64,000 bases of DNA from an uncultured Beijerinckiaceae bacterium. Its GTDB lineage: Bacteria; Pseudomonadota; Alphaproteobacteria; Rhizobiales; Beijerinckiaceae. Each line of letters starts with the position of its first letter. Position 1 is the stretch's first letter. The notes beneath the pieces are model-generated. The model searched no databases. It saw only the letters and a program-made list of their open reading frames with translations, and had not been told where the DNA came from. Positions 10,519-22,220 of this stretch are shown piece by piece. A program made the position numbers and the translations under genes. The stretch covers positions 69,782 through 133,781 of the forward strand of contig CAXTIU010000011.1 in assembly GCA_964244495.1 (NCBI GenBank), in the 5' to 3' direction.

Positions 10519-10616
10519 TCCCGTCGTCCTTCTCCGCGCTCAGCCAGGCGCGGGATCATCCATCCGCCAACTAAAGGCAGGACCAATCCGGCAAGAATTG
10601 GACGAGGCTGACATGC

Positions 10617-10657
10617 TTAACCAAGACCTACCCGGTCACGGTTAAGGCGAGGTGAAC
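10617..10657. promoter_or_regulatory. CtrA-like binding sites upstream of the TPR lipoprotein gene
   Basis: TTAA-ggcgagg-TGAAC (10642-10657, one mismatch to TTAA-N7-TTAAC) plus a TTAACC half-site at 10617. Confidence 0.4.
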
Positions 10658-10682
10658 GCCAAACCGGCAGCGAGGGACGCCC

Positions 10683-10922
10683 TTAGCGGGCGCCGGGCAC
10701 GGGCTTCGGCTTCATCGGCAGCAGGCCTTCGCGCTGCATCTTCTTGCGCGCCAGCTTGCGGGCGCGGCGCACCGCCTCCGCCTTCTCGCGAGCGCGCTTC
10801 TCGGACGGTTTCTCGTAGTGGCCACGCAGCTTCATCTCGCGGAAGATGCCTTCCCTTTGCATCTTCTTCTTCAAGGCCTTCAGGGCTTGATCGACGTTAT
10901 TGTCGCGGACGAGAACTTGCAC
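10683..10922 (-). CDS. rpsU: 30S ribosomal protein S21
   Basis: [25 protein letters not shown]...YEKPSE; GTG start at 10922. Confidence 0.98.
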   Translation of the reverse strand: MQVLVRDNNVDQALKALKKKMQREGIFREMKLRGHYEKPSEKRAREKAEAVRRARKLARKKMQREGLLPMKPKPVPGAR

Positions 10923-11400
10923 GCATGATCCTTTTCGGCGGCTAGGGCCGCGCTTGGAAAGTGGGAATAGGGGATCGGGCGCGCGGACGGCGCACCTTGA
11001 CCATAACGCCGGTAGCAGAGCGCGGCGCCCTTGTCCAGTTCGGCGCCGAACCGCGACGCCCCTCGCGACCAATGTGCCTCCCGCCCGCCACGGCGCTCGT
11101 CGAGCCTGTTGGGCGTCCTCCATCGATCTTGGGATCGGTGCCGGACGCCAACTGCCTCGGGCCGGCGCGGTTATCCTCGATTTCGCAGAGGCTTGACGGA
11201 ACCCTGCGCGACGCCGGCGCCCGGGTCGCGGCGTCCCGGCCGACATCGCAACAGCCGAACGGGCGATAGTTTTGGTTGGCCTCATCCGAAAACCCTTTAT
11301 ACCGCCATCCGATGCATGCGGCCGTCGCCGGGTCCAGCCTCGTCGGGCCGGGTCCCGGCGCAGCGTCCGCCCCGCCACAGTCGGTCATCGGAAGTCGCGC

Positions 11401-12285
11401 GTGTCCATACTCATCGACAAGAACACCAAGGTCATCTGCCAGGGCTTCACCGGCAAGAACGGCACCTTCCACTCCGAGCAGGCGATCGCCTACGGGACGC
11501 GGATGGTGGGAGGCGTGTCGCCCGGCAAGGGCGGCGGCTTCCACATCGGGCTGCCCATCTTCGATACCGTCGCGCAGGCGAGGGCGGAGACGGAGGCCGA
11601 CGCCAGCGTCGTCTACGTGCCGCCGCCGGGCGCCGCCGACGCCATCTGCGAGGCGATCGACGCGGAGATCCCGCTGATCGTCTGCATCACCGAGGGCATC
11701 CCGGTCGTCGACATGGTGCGGGTGAAGCGGTCGCTGTCCGGCTCCAAGTCGCGGCTGATCGGGCCGAACTGCCCCGGCGTGATGACATCGGGCGAATGCA
11801 AGATCGGCATCATGCCCGGCAACATCTTCTCGACCGGATCGGTGGGGATTGTGTCGCGCTCCGGCACGCTTACCTATGAAGCCGTGTTCCAGACCACCCG
11901 CGAGGGCCTCGGCCAGACCACGGCGGTCGGCATCGGCGGCGATCCCGTCAAGGGGACCGAGTTCATCGACATGCTGGAAATGTTTCTGGCCGACGAGGCG
12001 ACCGAGTCGATCGTCATGATCGGGGAGATCGGCGGTTCGGCCGAGGAGGACGCGGCGCAGTTCATCGCCGACGAGGCCAAGCGCGGCCGCAAGAAGCCGA
12101 TGGTCGGCTTCATCGCCGGCCGCACCGCGCCGCCCGGCCGCCGCATGGGCCATGCCGGCGCGATCATCTCCGGCGGCAAGGGCGGCGCCGAGGACAAGAT
12201 CGCCGCCATGGAGGCGGCCGGGATCACCGTGTCCCCCTCGCCCGCCCGGCTCGGCAAGACGCTCGTGGACGTGTTGAAGGGATGA
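11401..12285 (+). CDS. sucD: Succinyl-CoA ligase (ADP-forming) alpha subunit
   Basis: [29 protein letters not shown] and [11 protein letters not shown]; GTG start at 11401. Confidence 0.97.
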   Translation: MSILIDKNTKVICQGFTGKNGTFHSEQAIAYGTRMVGGVSPGKGGGFHIGLPIFDTVAQARAETEADASVVYVPPPGAADAICEAIDAEIPLIVCITEGIPVVDMVRVKRSLSGSKSRLIGPNCPGVMTSGECKIGIMPGNIFSTGSVGIVSRSGTLTYEAVFQTTREGLGQTTAVGIGGDPVKGTEFIDMLEMFLADEATESIVMIGEIGGSAEEDAAQFIADEAKRGRKKPMVGFIAGRTAPPGRRMGHAGAIISGGKGGAEDKIAAMEAAGITVSPSPARLGKTLVDVLKG

Positions 12286-12364
12286 GGGTCCTCAGTGACC
12301 TGTGCCGCGAAGGGCGCGTCGCGGCCGGTCGGTGCCGGGGCGACCCCGGAAGGGAGGTTTCACG

Positions 12365-12517
12365 ATGGTCATGATCATCATCTGCTTTCTCGCGCCGTGG
12401 CTGGCGATGTTCCTGCGCGGCAAGGTTTGGCAGGGCATCCTGTGCGTGATCCTTCACGTCACGCTGATCGGCTGGGTTCCGGCGACGATCTGGGCGCTCG
12501 CGGTCACGCGCGACTAG
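12365..12517 (+). CDS. YqaE/Pmp3 family small membrane protein
   Basis: 50 aa with two hydrophobic segments, PWLAMFLRG and L.LIGWVPATIWAL; GGGAGG RBS upstream. Confidence 0.8.
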   Translation: MVMIIICFLAPWLAMFLRGKVWQGILCVILHVTLIGWVPATIWALAVTRD

Positions 12518-12662
12518 CCGGGCCGTCGATCGGCGCCTAGGACACGGTGCTGCCGCGATCGCGGCGCCAAGAGACGTGATCCGGAAGGTCGCGTTCGGGA
12601 TTGGATTTTGAAGGTGCCCGCGTGCCGGATGGAGATCGGCGACGGGCCGGAGGATAGGTGGA

Positions 12663-15600
12663 ATGGCACGGCAGGATGACAACGACACCGGCAACGGCGG
12701 GGGGACCGGAGCGGACCGCCCAGGCGGCTTCGCGACGACCTCTTTCCTGTACGGGGGCAACGCCGCCTACGTCGAGCAGCTTCACGAAAGCTATCGCGCC
12801 GATCCCTCGTCGGTCGATCCGGAGTGGCAGGCCTTCTTCGCCGAGCTGAACGACGACGCCGGCGCGGTCGAGCAAACCGCCGCCGGCCCGGCCTGGAAGC
12901 GGGCGAACTGGCCGGTCGCGGCCAATGGCGAGCTGGTGTCGGCGCTGGACGGCAACTGGCCGGCGGCCGAGAAGCGTGTCGCGGACAAGATCACGGCCAA
13001 GGTCGCCACGGACGCCGGCGTCAAGGCCGATCCGGCGGTCCTGGCGAAGACGATCGCGACCGCCACGCGCGACTCGGTGCGAGCCCTGACGATGATCCGT
13101 GCGTACCGGACCCGCGGCCATCTCCACGCCAAGCTCGACCCGCTCGGCCTCGCCCCTCCCACCGACTACGAAGAGCTGCACCCGTCCTCCTACGGTTTCG
13201 CCGAGGCGGAGCTCGATCGCCCGATCTTCCTCGACGGCGTGCTCGGTCTCGAATGGGCCAGCGTCAACGAGATCGTGCCGATCCTCCGGCGCACCTACTG
13301 CGACACGATCGGCTTCGAGTTCGTGCACATGTCCGATCCGGCCGAGAAGGCCTGGATGCTGGAGCGCATCGAAGGCGTCGACAAGGCGATCACCTTCACG
13401 CCGGAAGGCAAGCGGGCGATCCTCAACAAGCTGATCGAGGCGGAAGGCTTCGAGAAGTTCCTGGACGTGCGCTACACCGGCACCAAACGGTTCGGGCTCG
13501 ACGGCGGCGAGAGCATGGTGCCGGCGCTCGAACAGATCATCAAGCGCGGCGGCGCGCTCGGCATCGAGGACATCGAGGTCGGCATGGCGCACCGTGGCCG
13601 GCTCAACGTGCTGAGCCAGGTGATGCACAAGCCGCACCGCGCCATCTTCCACGAGTTCAAGGGCGGCTCCTACACGCCGGTCGAGACGGAAGGCTCGGGA
13701 GACGTGAAGTACCACCTGGGCTTCTCGTCGGACCGCACCTTCGACGATCGGACCGTGCACCTGTCGCTCGCCGCCAACCCGTCGCACCTCGAGATCGTCG
13801 ACCCCGTGGTGCTCGGCAAGGTGCGCGCCAAGCAGGACCAGAAGGACGACCTCGTCGAGCGCTCCAAGGTGCTGCCGCTGCTGCTCCACGGCGACGCCGC
13901 CTTCGCCGGGCAGGGCGTGATCGCCGAATGCTTCGGCCTGTCCGGCCTCAAGGGCCACAACACCGGCGGGTCGATCCACTTCATCATCAACAATCAGATC
14001 GGTTTCACCACCTATCCCCGCTACTCGCGGTCCTCGCCCTATCCCTCCGACACGGCCAAGATGATCGAGGCGCCGATCCTGCACGTCAACGGCGACGATC
14101 CCGAGGCGGTGGTCCACGCCGCGAAGATCGCCGTCGAGTTCCGGCAGCAGTTCCACAAGCCGGTCGTCATCGACATGTTCTGCTATCGGCGCTTCGGTCA
14201 CAACGAGGGCGACGAGCCCTCGTTCACCCAGCCGTTGATGTACAAGAAGATCCGCGCCCACGCGAGCGTGCTCGACATCTACGCCGGCAAGCTCGTCGGC
14301 GAGGGCGTGCTCAGCCAGGAGGCGGTGGACGAGGCCAAGGCCGCCTGGCGCAAGACGCTCGACGAGGAGTACGAGGCCGGCCAGCACTACCAGCCCAACC
14401 GCGCCGATTGGCTCGACGGCCGCTGGTCGGGCCTGCGCTCGTCGTCCCCCCAGGACGAGGAGCGCCGCGGCCAGACCGGTGTCGAGCGTTCCCGCCTCGC
14501 GGCGCTCGGACGCCGCATCACGGAGGTGCCGGACGGCTTCCACCTGCACAAGACGATCGGGCGCCTGCTCGACAACCGTCGCAAGGCGATCGACACCGGC
14601 GCCAACATCGATTGGGCGATGGGCGAGGCGCTGGCCTTCGCCTCCCTCGTCGACGAGGGTTTCCGCGTCCGCCTGTCCGGCCAGGATTCCGAGCGCGGCA
14701 CCTTCTCGCAGCGCCATTCCGTGCTGATCGACCAGGAGAACGAGCGCCGCTACGTGCCCTTCAACCACATCCGCGACGAGCAGGCGCGCTTCGAGGTCAT
14801 CAACTCGATGCTGTCGGAGGAGGCGGTGCTCGGCTTCGAGTACGGCTACTCCGTCGCCGAGCCCAACGCCCTCGTGCTGTGGGAAGCGCAGTTCGGCGAC
14901 TTCGCCAACGGCGCGCAGGTCGTGTTCGACCAGTTCGTCTCGTCGGCCGAGCGCAAGTGGCTGCGCATGTCGGGGCTCGTCTGCCTGCTGCCGCACGGCT
15001 ACGAGGGTCAGGGGCCGGAGCACTCCTCGGCGCGGCTCGAGCGCTACCTCCAGCTCTGCGCGGAGGACAACATGCAGGTCGCCAACTGCACGACGCCGGC
15101 GAACTACTTCCACATCCTGCGCCGGCAGCTGAAGCGCGACATCCGCAAGCCGCTGATCCTGATGACGCCGAAGTCGCTGCTGCGCCACAAGCGCGCCGTG
15201 TCGGGCCTCGACGCGATGGAGGCCGGCACCACCTTCCACCGCCTGCTGCGCGACGGGGCGGAGACGGCGGGCGAGCACAAGGTCGAACTCGTGGCCGACG
15301 ACCAAGTGCGGCGCGTCGTCCTGTGCACCGGCAAGGTGTACTACGACCTGTTCGAGGAGCGCGAGCGCCGCGAGATCGACGACGTGTACCTGCTGCGCGT
15401 CGAGCAGCTTTACCCGATGCCGCTGAAGGCGCTCGTCAACGAACTGGGGCGCTTCAAGAACGCCCAGGTGGTATGGTGCCAGGAGGAGCCCAAGAACATG
15501 GGGGCCTGGACCTTCATCGATCCCTACCTCGAATGGGTGCTGGGCCAGGTCGGCGGTGGCCAGACGCGGCCGCGCTACGTCGGCCGCCCGGCCGCCGCCG

Positions 15601-15671
15601 CGACGGCGACGGGGCTCATGTCGAAGCATCTCGCGCAGATGAAGGCCTTCACCGACGAGGTCTTCGCGTAA
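12663..15671 (+). CDS. sucA: 2-oxoglutarate dehydrogenase E1 component
   Basis: TSFLYGGNAAYVEQL, GMAHRGRLNVL, LHGDAAFAGQG and HGYEGQGPEHSSAR. Confidence 0.98.
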   Translation: MARQDDNDTGNGGGTGADRPGGFATTSFLYGGNAAYVEQLHESYRADPSSVDPEWQAFFAELNDDAGAVEQTAAGPAWKRANWPVAANGELVSALDGNWPAAEKRVADKITAKVATDAGVKADPAVLAKTIATATRDSVRALTMIRAYRTRGHLHAKLDPLGLAPPTDYEELHPSSYGFAEAELDRPIFLDGVLGLEWASVNEIVPILRRTYCDTIGFEFVHMSDPAEKAWMLERIEGVDKAITFTPEGKRAILNKLIEAEGFEKFLDVRYTGTKRFGLDGGESMVPALEQIIKRGGALGIEDIEVGMAHRGRLNVLSQVMHKPHRAIFHEFKGGSYTPVETEGSGDVKYHLGFSSDRTFDDRTVHLSLAANPSHLEIVDPVVLGKVRAKQDQKDDLVERSKVLPLLLHGDAAFAGQGVIAECFGLSGLKGHNTGGSIHFIINNQIGFTTYPRYSRSSPYPSDTAKMIEAPILHVNGDDPEAVVHAAKIAVEFRQQFHKPVVIDMFCYRRFGHNEGDEPSFTQPLMYKKIRAHASVLDIYAGKLVGEGVLSQEAVDEAKAAWRKTLDEEYEAGQHYQPNRADWLDGRWSGLRSSSPQDEERRGQTGVERSRLAALGRRITEVPDGFHLHKTIGRLLDNRRKAIDTGANIDWAMGEALAFASLVDEGFRVRLSGQDSERGTFSQRHSVLIDQENERRYVPFNHIRDEQARFEVINSMLSEEAVLGFEYGYSVAEPNALVLWEAQFGDFANGAQVVFDQFVSSAERKWLRMSGLVCLLPHGYEGQGPEHSSARLERYLQLCAEDNMQVANCTTPANYFHILRRQLKRDIRKPLILMTPKSLLRHKRAVSGLDAMEAGTTFHRLLRDGAETAGEHKVELVADDQVRRVVLCTGKVYYDLFEERERREIDDVYLLRVEQLYPMPLKALVNELGRFKNAQVVWCQEEPKNMGAWTFIDPYLEWVLGQVGGGQTRPRYVGRPAAAATATGLMSKHLAQMKAFTDEVFA

Positions 15672-15725
15672 GGCGTCGCATTCTTCTGATTCTTGACCGG
15701 AGGGCCGCAGGGGCGGCGATCAACC

Positions 15726-17042
15726 ATGGCGACTGAAATCCGCGTTCCCACCCTCGGTGAATCGGTGAGCGAGGCGACGATCGGGCGCTGGTTCAAGAAG
15801 GCCGGCGAGTCGGTGAAGGCCGACGAACCGCTCTGCGAGCTCGAGACCGACAAGGTGACGCTGGAGGTCAACGCGCCGGCCGCCGGCGTGCTCGCCGAGA
15901 TCATCGCCAAGGATGGCGAGACGGTCGAGCCGGGCGGCCTGCTCGGCCAGATCACCGAGGGCGGCGCGGCGGCCGGCAACGGTGCCGCCAAGCCGATCGA
16001 GACCAAGCCCGCCGAGGCGAAAGCGACCGGCACGCCGCCAGCCGATAGCGCCAAGGGCGCGCCGGCCGCCTCGCGGGCCGCCGCCGCCGCGACCGACGCC
16101 AACGGCGCTTCGTCCATCAAGGGGCCGAAGCCGATGCCGCCGGCGCCCTCCGCCGCCAAGTCGGCCGCCGACCGCGGCATCGACATCGGCGACGTGGCGG
16201 GATCGGGCCGCCGCGGCCAGGTGATGAAGGGCGACGTGGTCGCCCACCAGCCGGCCGCGCCCGCGCAGCCGGTCGCCGAGGCGCGCGCTCCGGCGCCCGA
16301 GCGTCCCGCGCCGGTGCGCGCCCCCTCGCCGGCGTCCGACGCCGAGCGCGAGGAGCGCGTGAAGATGACGAAGCTGCGCCAGACGATCGCGCGTCGCCTC
16401 AAGGACGCGCAGGCGACCGCCGCCATGCTGACGACCTTCAACGAGGTCGACATGAGCGAGGTGATGGCCTTGCGGACGAAGTACAAGGACGTGTTCGAGA
16501 AGAAGCACGGCGCCAAGCTCGGCTTCATGGGCTTCTTCGTGAAGGCGTGCGTCCAGGCGCTCAAGGACGTGCCGGCGGTCAACGCCGAGATCGACGGCGC
16601 GGACCTCATCTACAAGAACTATTACCACCTCGGCATCGCGGTCGGCACAGACAAGGGCCTGGTGGTGCCGGTGGTGCGCGACTGCGACATGCTGGGCATC
16701 GCCGGCATCGAGAAGACGATCGCCGCGCTCGGCAAGCGGGCACGCGACGGCCAGCTGAAGATCGACGACATGATGGGCGGCACCTTCACCATCACCAACG
16801 GCGGCATCTACGGCTCGCTGATGTCGACGCCGATCCTCAACGCGCCGCAGTCCGGCATCCTGGGCATGCACAAGATCCAGGAGCGCCCGGTGGCGATCGG
16901 CGGCAAGGTCGAGATCCGGCCAATGATGTACCTCGCCATGTCCTACGACCACCGCATCGTCGACGGCAAGGAGGCGGTGACCTTCCTGGTGCGGATCAAG
17001 GAGGCGCTGGAGGACCCGGCGCGCCTCGTTCTGGACCTGTGA
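15726..17042 (+). CDS. sucB: Dihydrolipoyllysine-residue succinyltransferase (E2)
   Basis: Lipoyl motif ELETDKV, E3-binding [13 protein letters not shown] and catalytic DHRIVDG; start at ATG 15726. Confidence 0.98.
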   Translation: MATEIRVPTLGESVSEATIGRWFKKAGESVKADEPLCELETDKVTLEVNAPAAGVLAEIIAKDGETVEPGGLLGQITEGGAAAGNGAAKPIETKPAEAKATGTPPADSAKGAPAASRAAAAATDANGASSIKGPKPMPPAPSAAKSAADRGIDIGDVAGSGRRGQVMKGDVVAHQPAAPAQPVAEARAPAPERPAPVRAPSPASDAEREERVKMTKLRQTIARRLKDAQATAAMLTTFNEVDMSEVMALRTKYKDVFEKKHGAKLGFMGFFVKACVQALKDVPAVNAEIDGADLIYKNYYHLGIAVGTDKGLVVPVVRDCDMLGIAGIEKTIAALGKRARDGQLKIDDMMGGTFTITNGGIYGSLMSTPILNAPQSGILGMHKIQERPVAIGGKVEIRPMMYLAMSYDHRIVDGKEAVTFLVRIKEALEDPARLVLDL

Positions 17043-17143
17043 CCACGGCGCCCCTTCATCATCTCAAATCATAGCCTATCTCAGCCTCCGGGTTCACCAG
17101 CATCCCGTCGGCCGACGATCCCCAGCGCATCGAAACGAGTGAA

Positions 17144-18541
17144 ATGACCTACGATCTCATCGTCATCGGTACCGGCCCCGGCGGCTACGTGTGCGCGATC
17201 CGCGCCGCGCAGCTGGGGCTCAAGGTGGCGGTCGTCGAGAAGCGACCGACGTTCGGCGGCACCTGCCTCAACATCGGCTGCATCCCGTCCAAGGCGCTGC
17301 TCTACGCGTCCGAGAAGTTCGAGGAGGTCACGCACGACTTCCCCTCGCTCGGCATCACCGTCGGCAAGCCGAAGCTCGACCTGAAAGCCATGATGAAGCA
17401 CAAGACCGATACGGTCGGGGCCAACGTGCAGGGCGTCGGCTACCTCTTCAAGAAGAACAAGGTCGACACCTACACCGGGCTCGGCACCATCAAGGGCGCG
17501 GGCGCCGTGACGGTGACCGGCGATGACGGTAAGACGCAGGAGCTTGAGACCAGGGCGATCTGCATCGCCACCGGCTCCGAGATCGCCAAGCTGACCGACG
17601 TCGAGGTCGACGAGAAGGTGGTCGTCTCCTCCGAGGGCGCGCTGGCGCTGGAGAGCGTGCCGAAGAAGCTGATCGTGGTCGGCGGCGGCTACATCGGGCT
17701 GGAGCTCGGCTGCGTGTGGAAGCGGCTCGGCGCCGAGGTGGAGGTGGTCGAGTTCCTCGACCGTATCCTGCCGGGCATGGACGGCGAGGTGTCCAAGCAG
17801 TTCCAGCGGACCTTGGAGAAGCAGGGGATCAAGTTCCACCTCGGCGTCAAGGTCGCCGGCGTGCGGAAGGGCAAGGACGGCGCCACCGTGACGGTGGAGC
17901 CGAAGGAGGGCGGTGCCGCTCAAAGTTTTGACGCCAACGTCGTGCTGGTGGCGATCGGCCGGCGCCCGAACACGGAGGGCCTCGGCCTGGAGGCTCTGGG
18001 CGTCGCGATGGACCGTGGGCGCGTCACCGTCGACGACGGCTTCGAGACCAGCGTGCCCGGCATCTTCGCGATCGGCGACGTGATCCGCGGGCCGATGCTC
18101 GCCCACAAGGCCGAGGACGAGGGCGTGGCGCTGGCCGAGATGCTGGCCGGGCAACACGGCCACGTCAACTACGGCGTGATCCCCGGCATCGTCTACACCA
18201 TGCCGGAAGTCGCGGCCGTCGGGCGCACGGAGGAGGAGCTGAAGGCGGCCGACATCAAGTACAACGTCGGCAAGTTCCCCTTCACCGCCAACGGCCGCGC
18301 GCGGGCGACGCGCCACACCGAGGGCTTCGTCAAGGTGCTGGCCGACGCCGAGACGGACAAGGTGCTGGGTGTCCACATCATCAGCGCGGCGGCCGGCGAC
18401 CTCATCGCCGAATGCGCCCTGCTGATGGAGTTCGGCGGCTCGTCCGAGGACCTCGCCCGCACCTGCCACGCCCACCCCACGATGGCGGAGGCGGTGAAGG
18501 AGGCGGCGATGGCGGTGGAGCGGCGCGCGATCCACGTGTGA
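17144..18541 (+). CDS. lpdA: Dihydrolipoyl dehydrogenase (E3)
   Basis: IGTGPGGY, GGTCLNIGCIPSK and HAHPTMAE. Confidence 0.98.
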   Translation: MTYDLIVIGTGPGGYVCAIRAAQLGLKVAVVEKRPTFGGTCLNIGCIPSKALLYASEKFEEVTHDFPSLGITVGKPKLDLKAMMKHKTDTVGANVQGVGYLFKKNKVDTYTGLGTIKGAGAVTVTGDDGKTQELETRAICIATGSEIAKLTDVEVDEKVVVSSEGALALESVPKKLIVVGGGYIGLELGCVWKRLGAEVEVVEFLDRILPGMDGEVSKQFQRTLEKQGIKFHLGVKVAGVRKGKDGATVTVEPKEGGAAQSFDANVVLVAIGRRPNTEGLGLEALGVAMDRGRVTVDDGFETSVPGIFAIGDVIRGPMLAHKAEDEGVALAEMLAGQHGHVNYGVIPGIVYTMPEVAAVGRTEEELKAADIKYNVGKFPFTANGRARATRHTEGFVKVLADAETDKVLGVHIISAAAGDLIAECALLMEFGGSSEDLARTCHAHPTMAEAVKEAAMAVERRAIHV

Positions 18542-18592
18542 CGATCGCACCGTTCGGAGATACCAGCCTTGCCGGATTGAGAGAGCTGGCAT

Positions 18593-18616
18593 ACCCTGAC
18601 TAGGTCTAGTCAGGGT
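18593..18616. promoter_or_regulatory. Perfect palindromic operator upstream of the TA operon
   Basis: ACCCTGACTAG-GT-CTAGTCAGGGT (11-bp arms), ending 6 nt before the antitoxin ATG. Confidence 0.75.
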
Positions 18617-18622
18617 GCTGCG

Positions 18623-18901
18623 ATGCCGACCGTCAACATGCTCGATGCGAAAACGAATTTCTCTCGCCTCGTCGAAGCCGTCGAGAGCGGTGCCGAGGCG
18701 GAGATCATCATAGCGCGCAACGGCAAGCCAGCGGCGCGCCTCGTGCCGATCGCCACCAAACCGGACGTCAGCAAGCGACTCGGGATTTTGCAGGGGCAGT
18801 ACCCCGCGATGTCCCTGGAAGAATTTAACTCGACCGATGGTGAAATTCTGAAGCTCTTCTACGGTGAAGAGGGCGCAAAGCTCTTTGAAAACAAAGAGTG
18901 A
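18623..18901 (+). CDS. Type II TA antitoxin, Phd/YefM family
   Basis: VNMLDAKTNFSRLVEAVESG.EIIIARNGKP.ARLVP; overlaps the toxin start (GTGA). Confidence 0.9.
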   Translation: MPTVNMLDAKTNFSRLVEAVESGAEAEIIIARNGKPAARLVPIATKPDVSKRLGILQGQYPAMSLEEFNSTDGEILKLFYGEEGAKLFENKE

Positions 18902-19290
18902 GACTGCTTCTCGATACTCATATCGCTCTCTGGGCGGTGTCCGCAGTCGAACTGCTCACAGAAGAGGGGCGGGACATGATCGCTGACGCATCCAACCAGG
19001 TCTTCGTCTCGGCGGTGAACGTCTGGGAAATTGCCGTCAAGCGCCCGCTCGCTCGGAGGGCTTCACCCGCGTTATCAGCCGAGAAAGCCATCGCGGCCTT
19101 CGCCGCCGCCGGCTACACGATGCTGAACGTGACGGCCGTCCACGCGGCAGCGGTGGAAACCCTGCCGCTGATCCACGGCGATCCGTTCGACCGGCTCCTC
19201 GTCGCCCAGGCGCTCAGCGAGCCGCTGCGCCTCCTGACCCATGACAAGGCCCTCGCGCGTTACGGCGACACCGTCATCTGCTTCGGCTGA
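18898..19290 (+). CDS. vapC: Type II TA toxin, VapC (PIN domain)
   Basis: LLLDTHIALW, VSAVNVWEIAVK and HGDPFDRLLVAQA. Confidence 0.92.
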   Translation: MRLLLDTHIALWAVSAVELLTEEGRDMIADASNQVFVSAVNVWEIAVKRPLARRASPALSAEKAIAAFAAAGYTMLNVTAVHAAAVETLPLIHGDPFDRLLVAQALSEPLRLLTHDKALARYGDTVICFG

Positions 19291-19387
19291 CGGGACATTC
19301 GTAACGAGACCCCGTCGGGCGCAACTCTCGACCAGTACTGCTCAAGCCTCGCACGATGTCCCCACGAGCGCTCCACAGATAAGTGCT

Positions 19388-19903
19388 TCACCGCATCAGA
19401 AGCAGGATGGCGAACCAGACGGGGACGAGCCCTGCGCTCAAGGCTATCTTCCAGCCTGCTGGCGGCTTTCCGCCTACCGCAAGATGGATGAATAGAGCAC
19501 CGACTGCCAAAGTGGATACAACAGCTATATTGAAAGCTAGCCGCAGTAGAGTGTCTTCGTAATACGCTCTTGTAAAAGCCTGCCCATCATCGGCGAGCAC
19601 ACGGTTCATAACCCATAGGGTCATGACGAGGAAATAGGCTAGGAAGAGCCAGGACCAGATCCGAAGACTGTTACCCAGAACTCCGATGATATAGCCGAAG
19701 ACAGACATAAGCGGATAATCGACAAGTTCACGGAGCGTAGCGATATTCCAGCCGTTCTGACGACGAGCCCATGCGTACCTCATATCTATTGCTAAAACTT
19801 GAATGATAGTGTAAACTAACGTTACAAGTAACCTAAATTTAGACTGAGTATCAATTTGCAAATGCAAAATGCGGCGCCAACGCGTATTCATATGGAAGCT
19901 CAT
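19388..19903 (-). CDS. Hypothetical AT-rich multi-pass membrane protein
   Basis: 171-aa ORF stays open through AT-rich DNA and has about 4-5 hydrophobic segments; no family recognised; weak RBS. Confidence 0.6.
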   Translation of the reverse strand: MSFHMNTRWRRILHLQIDTQSKFRLLVTLVYTIIQVLAIDMRYAWARRQNGWNIATLRELVDYPLMSVFGYIIGVLGNSLRIWSWLFLAYFLVMTLWVMNRVLADDGQAFTRAYYEDTLLRLAFNIAVVSTLAVGALFIHLAVGGKPPAGWKIALSAGLVPVWFAILLLMR

Positions 19904-19948
19904 AGTAATAGTAATTAGATGTAAGCGGCGGGCGGCACTATTGGCTCT

Positions 19949-20051
19949 TCATTCCGGGACGCCGAAGGCTAACCCGGAACCGGTGTCCTCGAACGATCAG
20001 CGACTGCGGAAACCGGTTCCGGATCTTCGCTTTCGCTCCGTCCGGGATGAC
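19949..20051. repeat. Rhizobiales-type REP/RIME-like composite palindromic element
   Basis: Outer arms TCATTCCGGGAC / GTCCGGGATGAC and a perfect inner 11-bp inverted repeat CCGGAACCGGT (19974-19984) / ACCGGTTCCGG (20012-20022). Confidence 0.7.
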
Positions 20052-20096
20052 GGCACAGCGCCCGTGATGCGGTTCTATGCTTTAGGTGTAACATGG

Positions 20097-22139
<2,043 letters not shown>

Positions 22140-22220
22140 GGTGCCTTCATGGGAGGCATGCCGGGTGGGGCGGCGCATCGGCATATCCGGAAACCGCCGT
22201 GCACTTTTCAGGCCGATCCT

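Noticed and set aside
11272-11400. 43-aa N-terminal extension of SucD (likewise track extensions of rpsU, rpmA, ychF, yciB, trpF and dsbD)
   Set aside because: Family homology begins at later starts; the extensions are chance open frames.
12537-15629. 1030-aa minus-strand ORF and similar long antisense ORFs (3306..5978, 19869..22580, 23320..25953, 28496..30712, 41290..43305, 45681..47354, 57858..60224)
   Set aside because: Shadow frames of well-supported genes; high-GC codon bias suppresses stops, and there are no family motifs.
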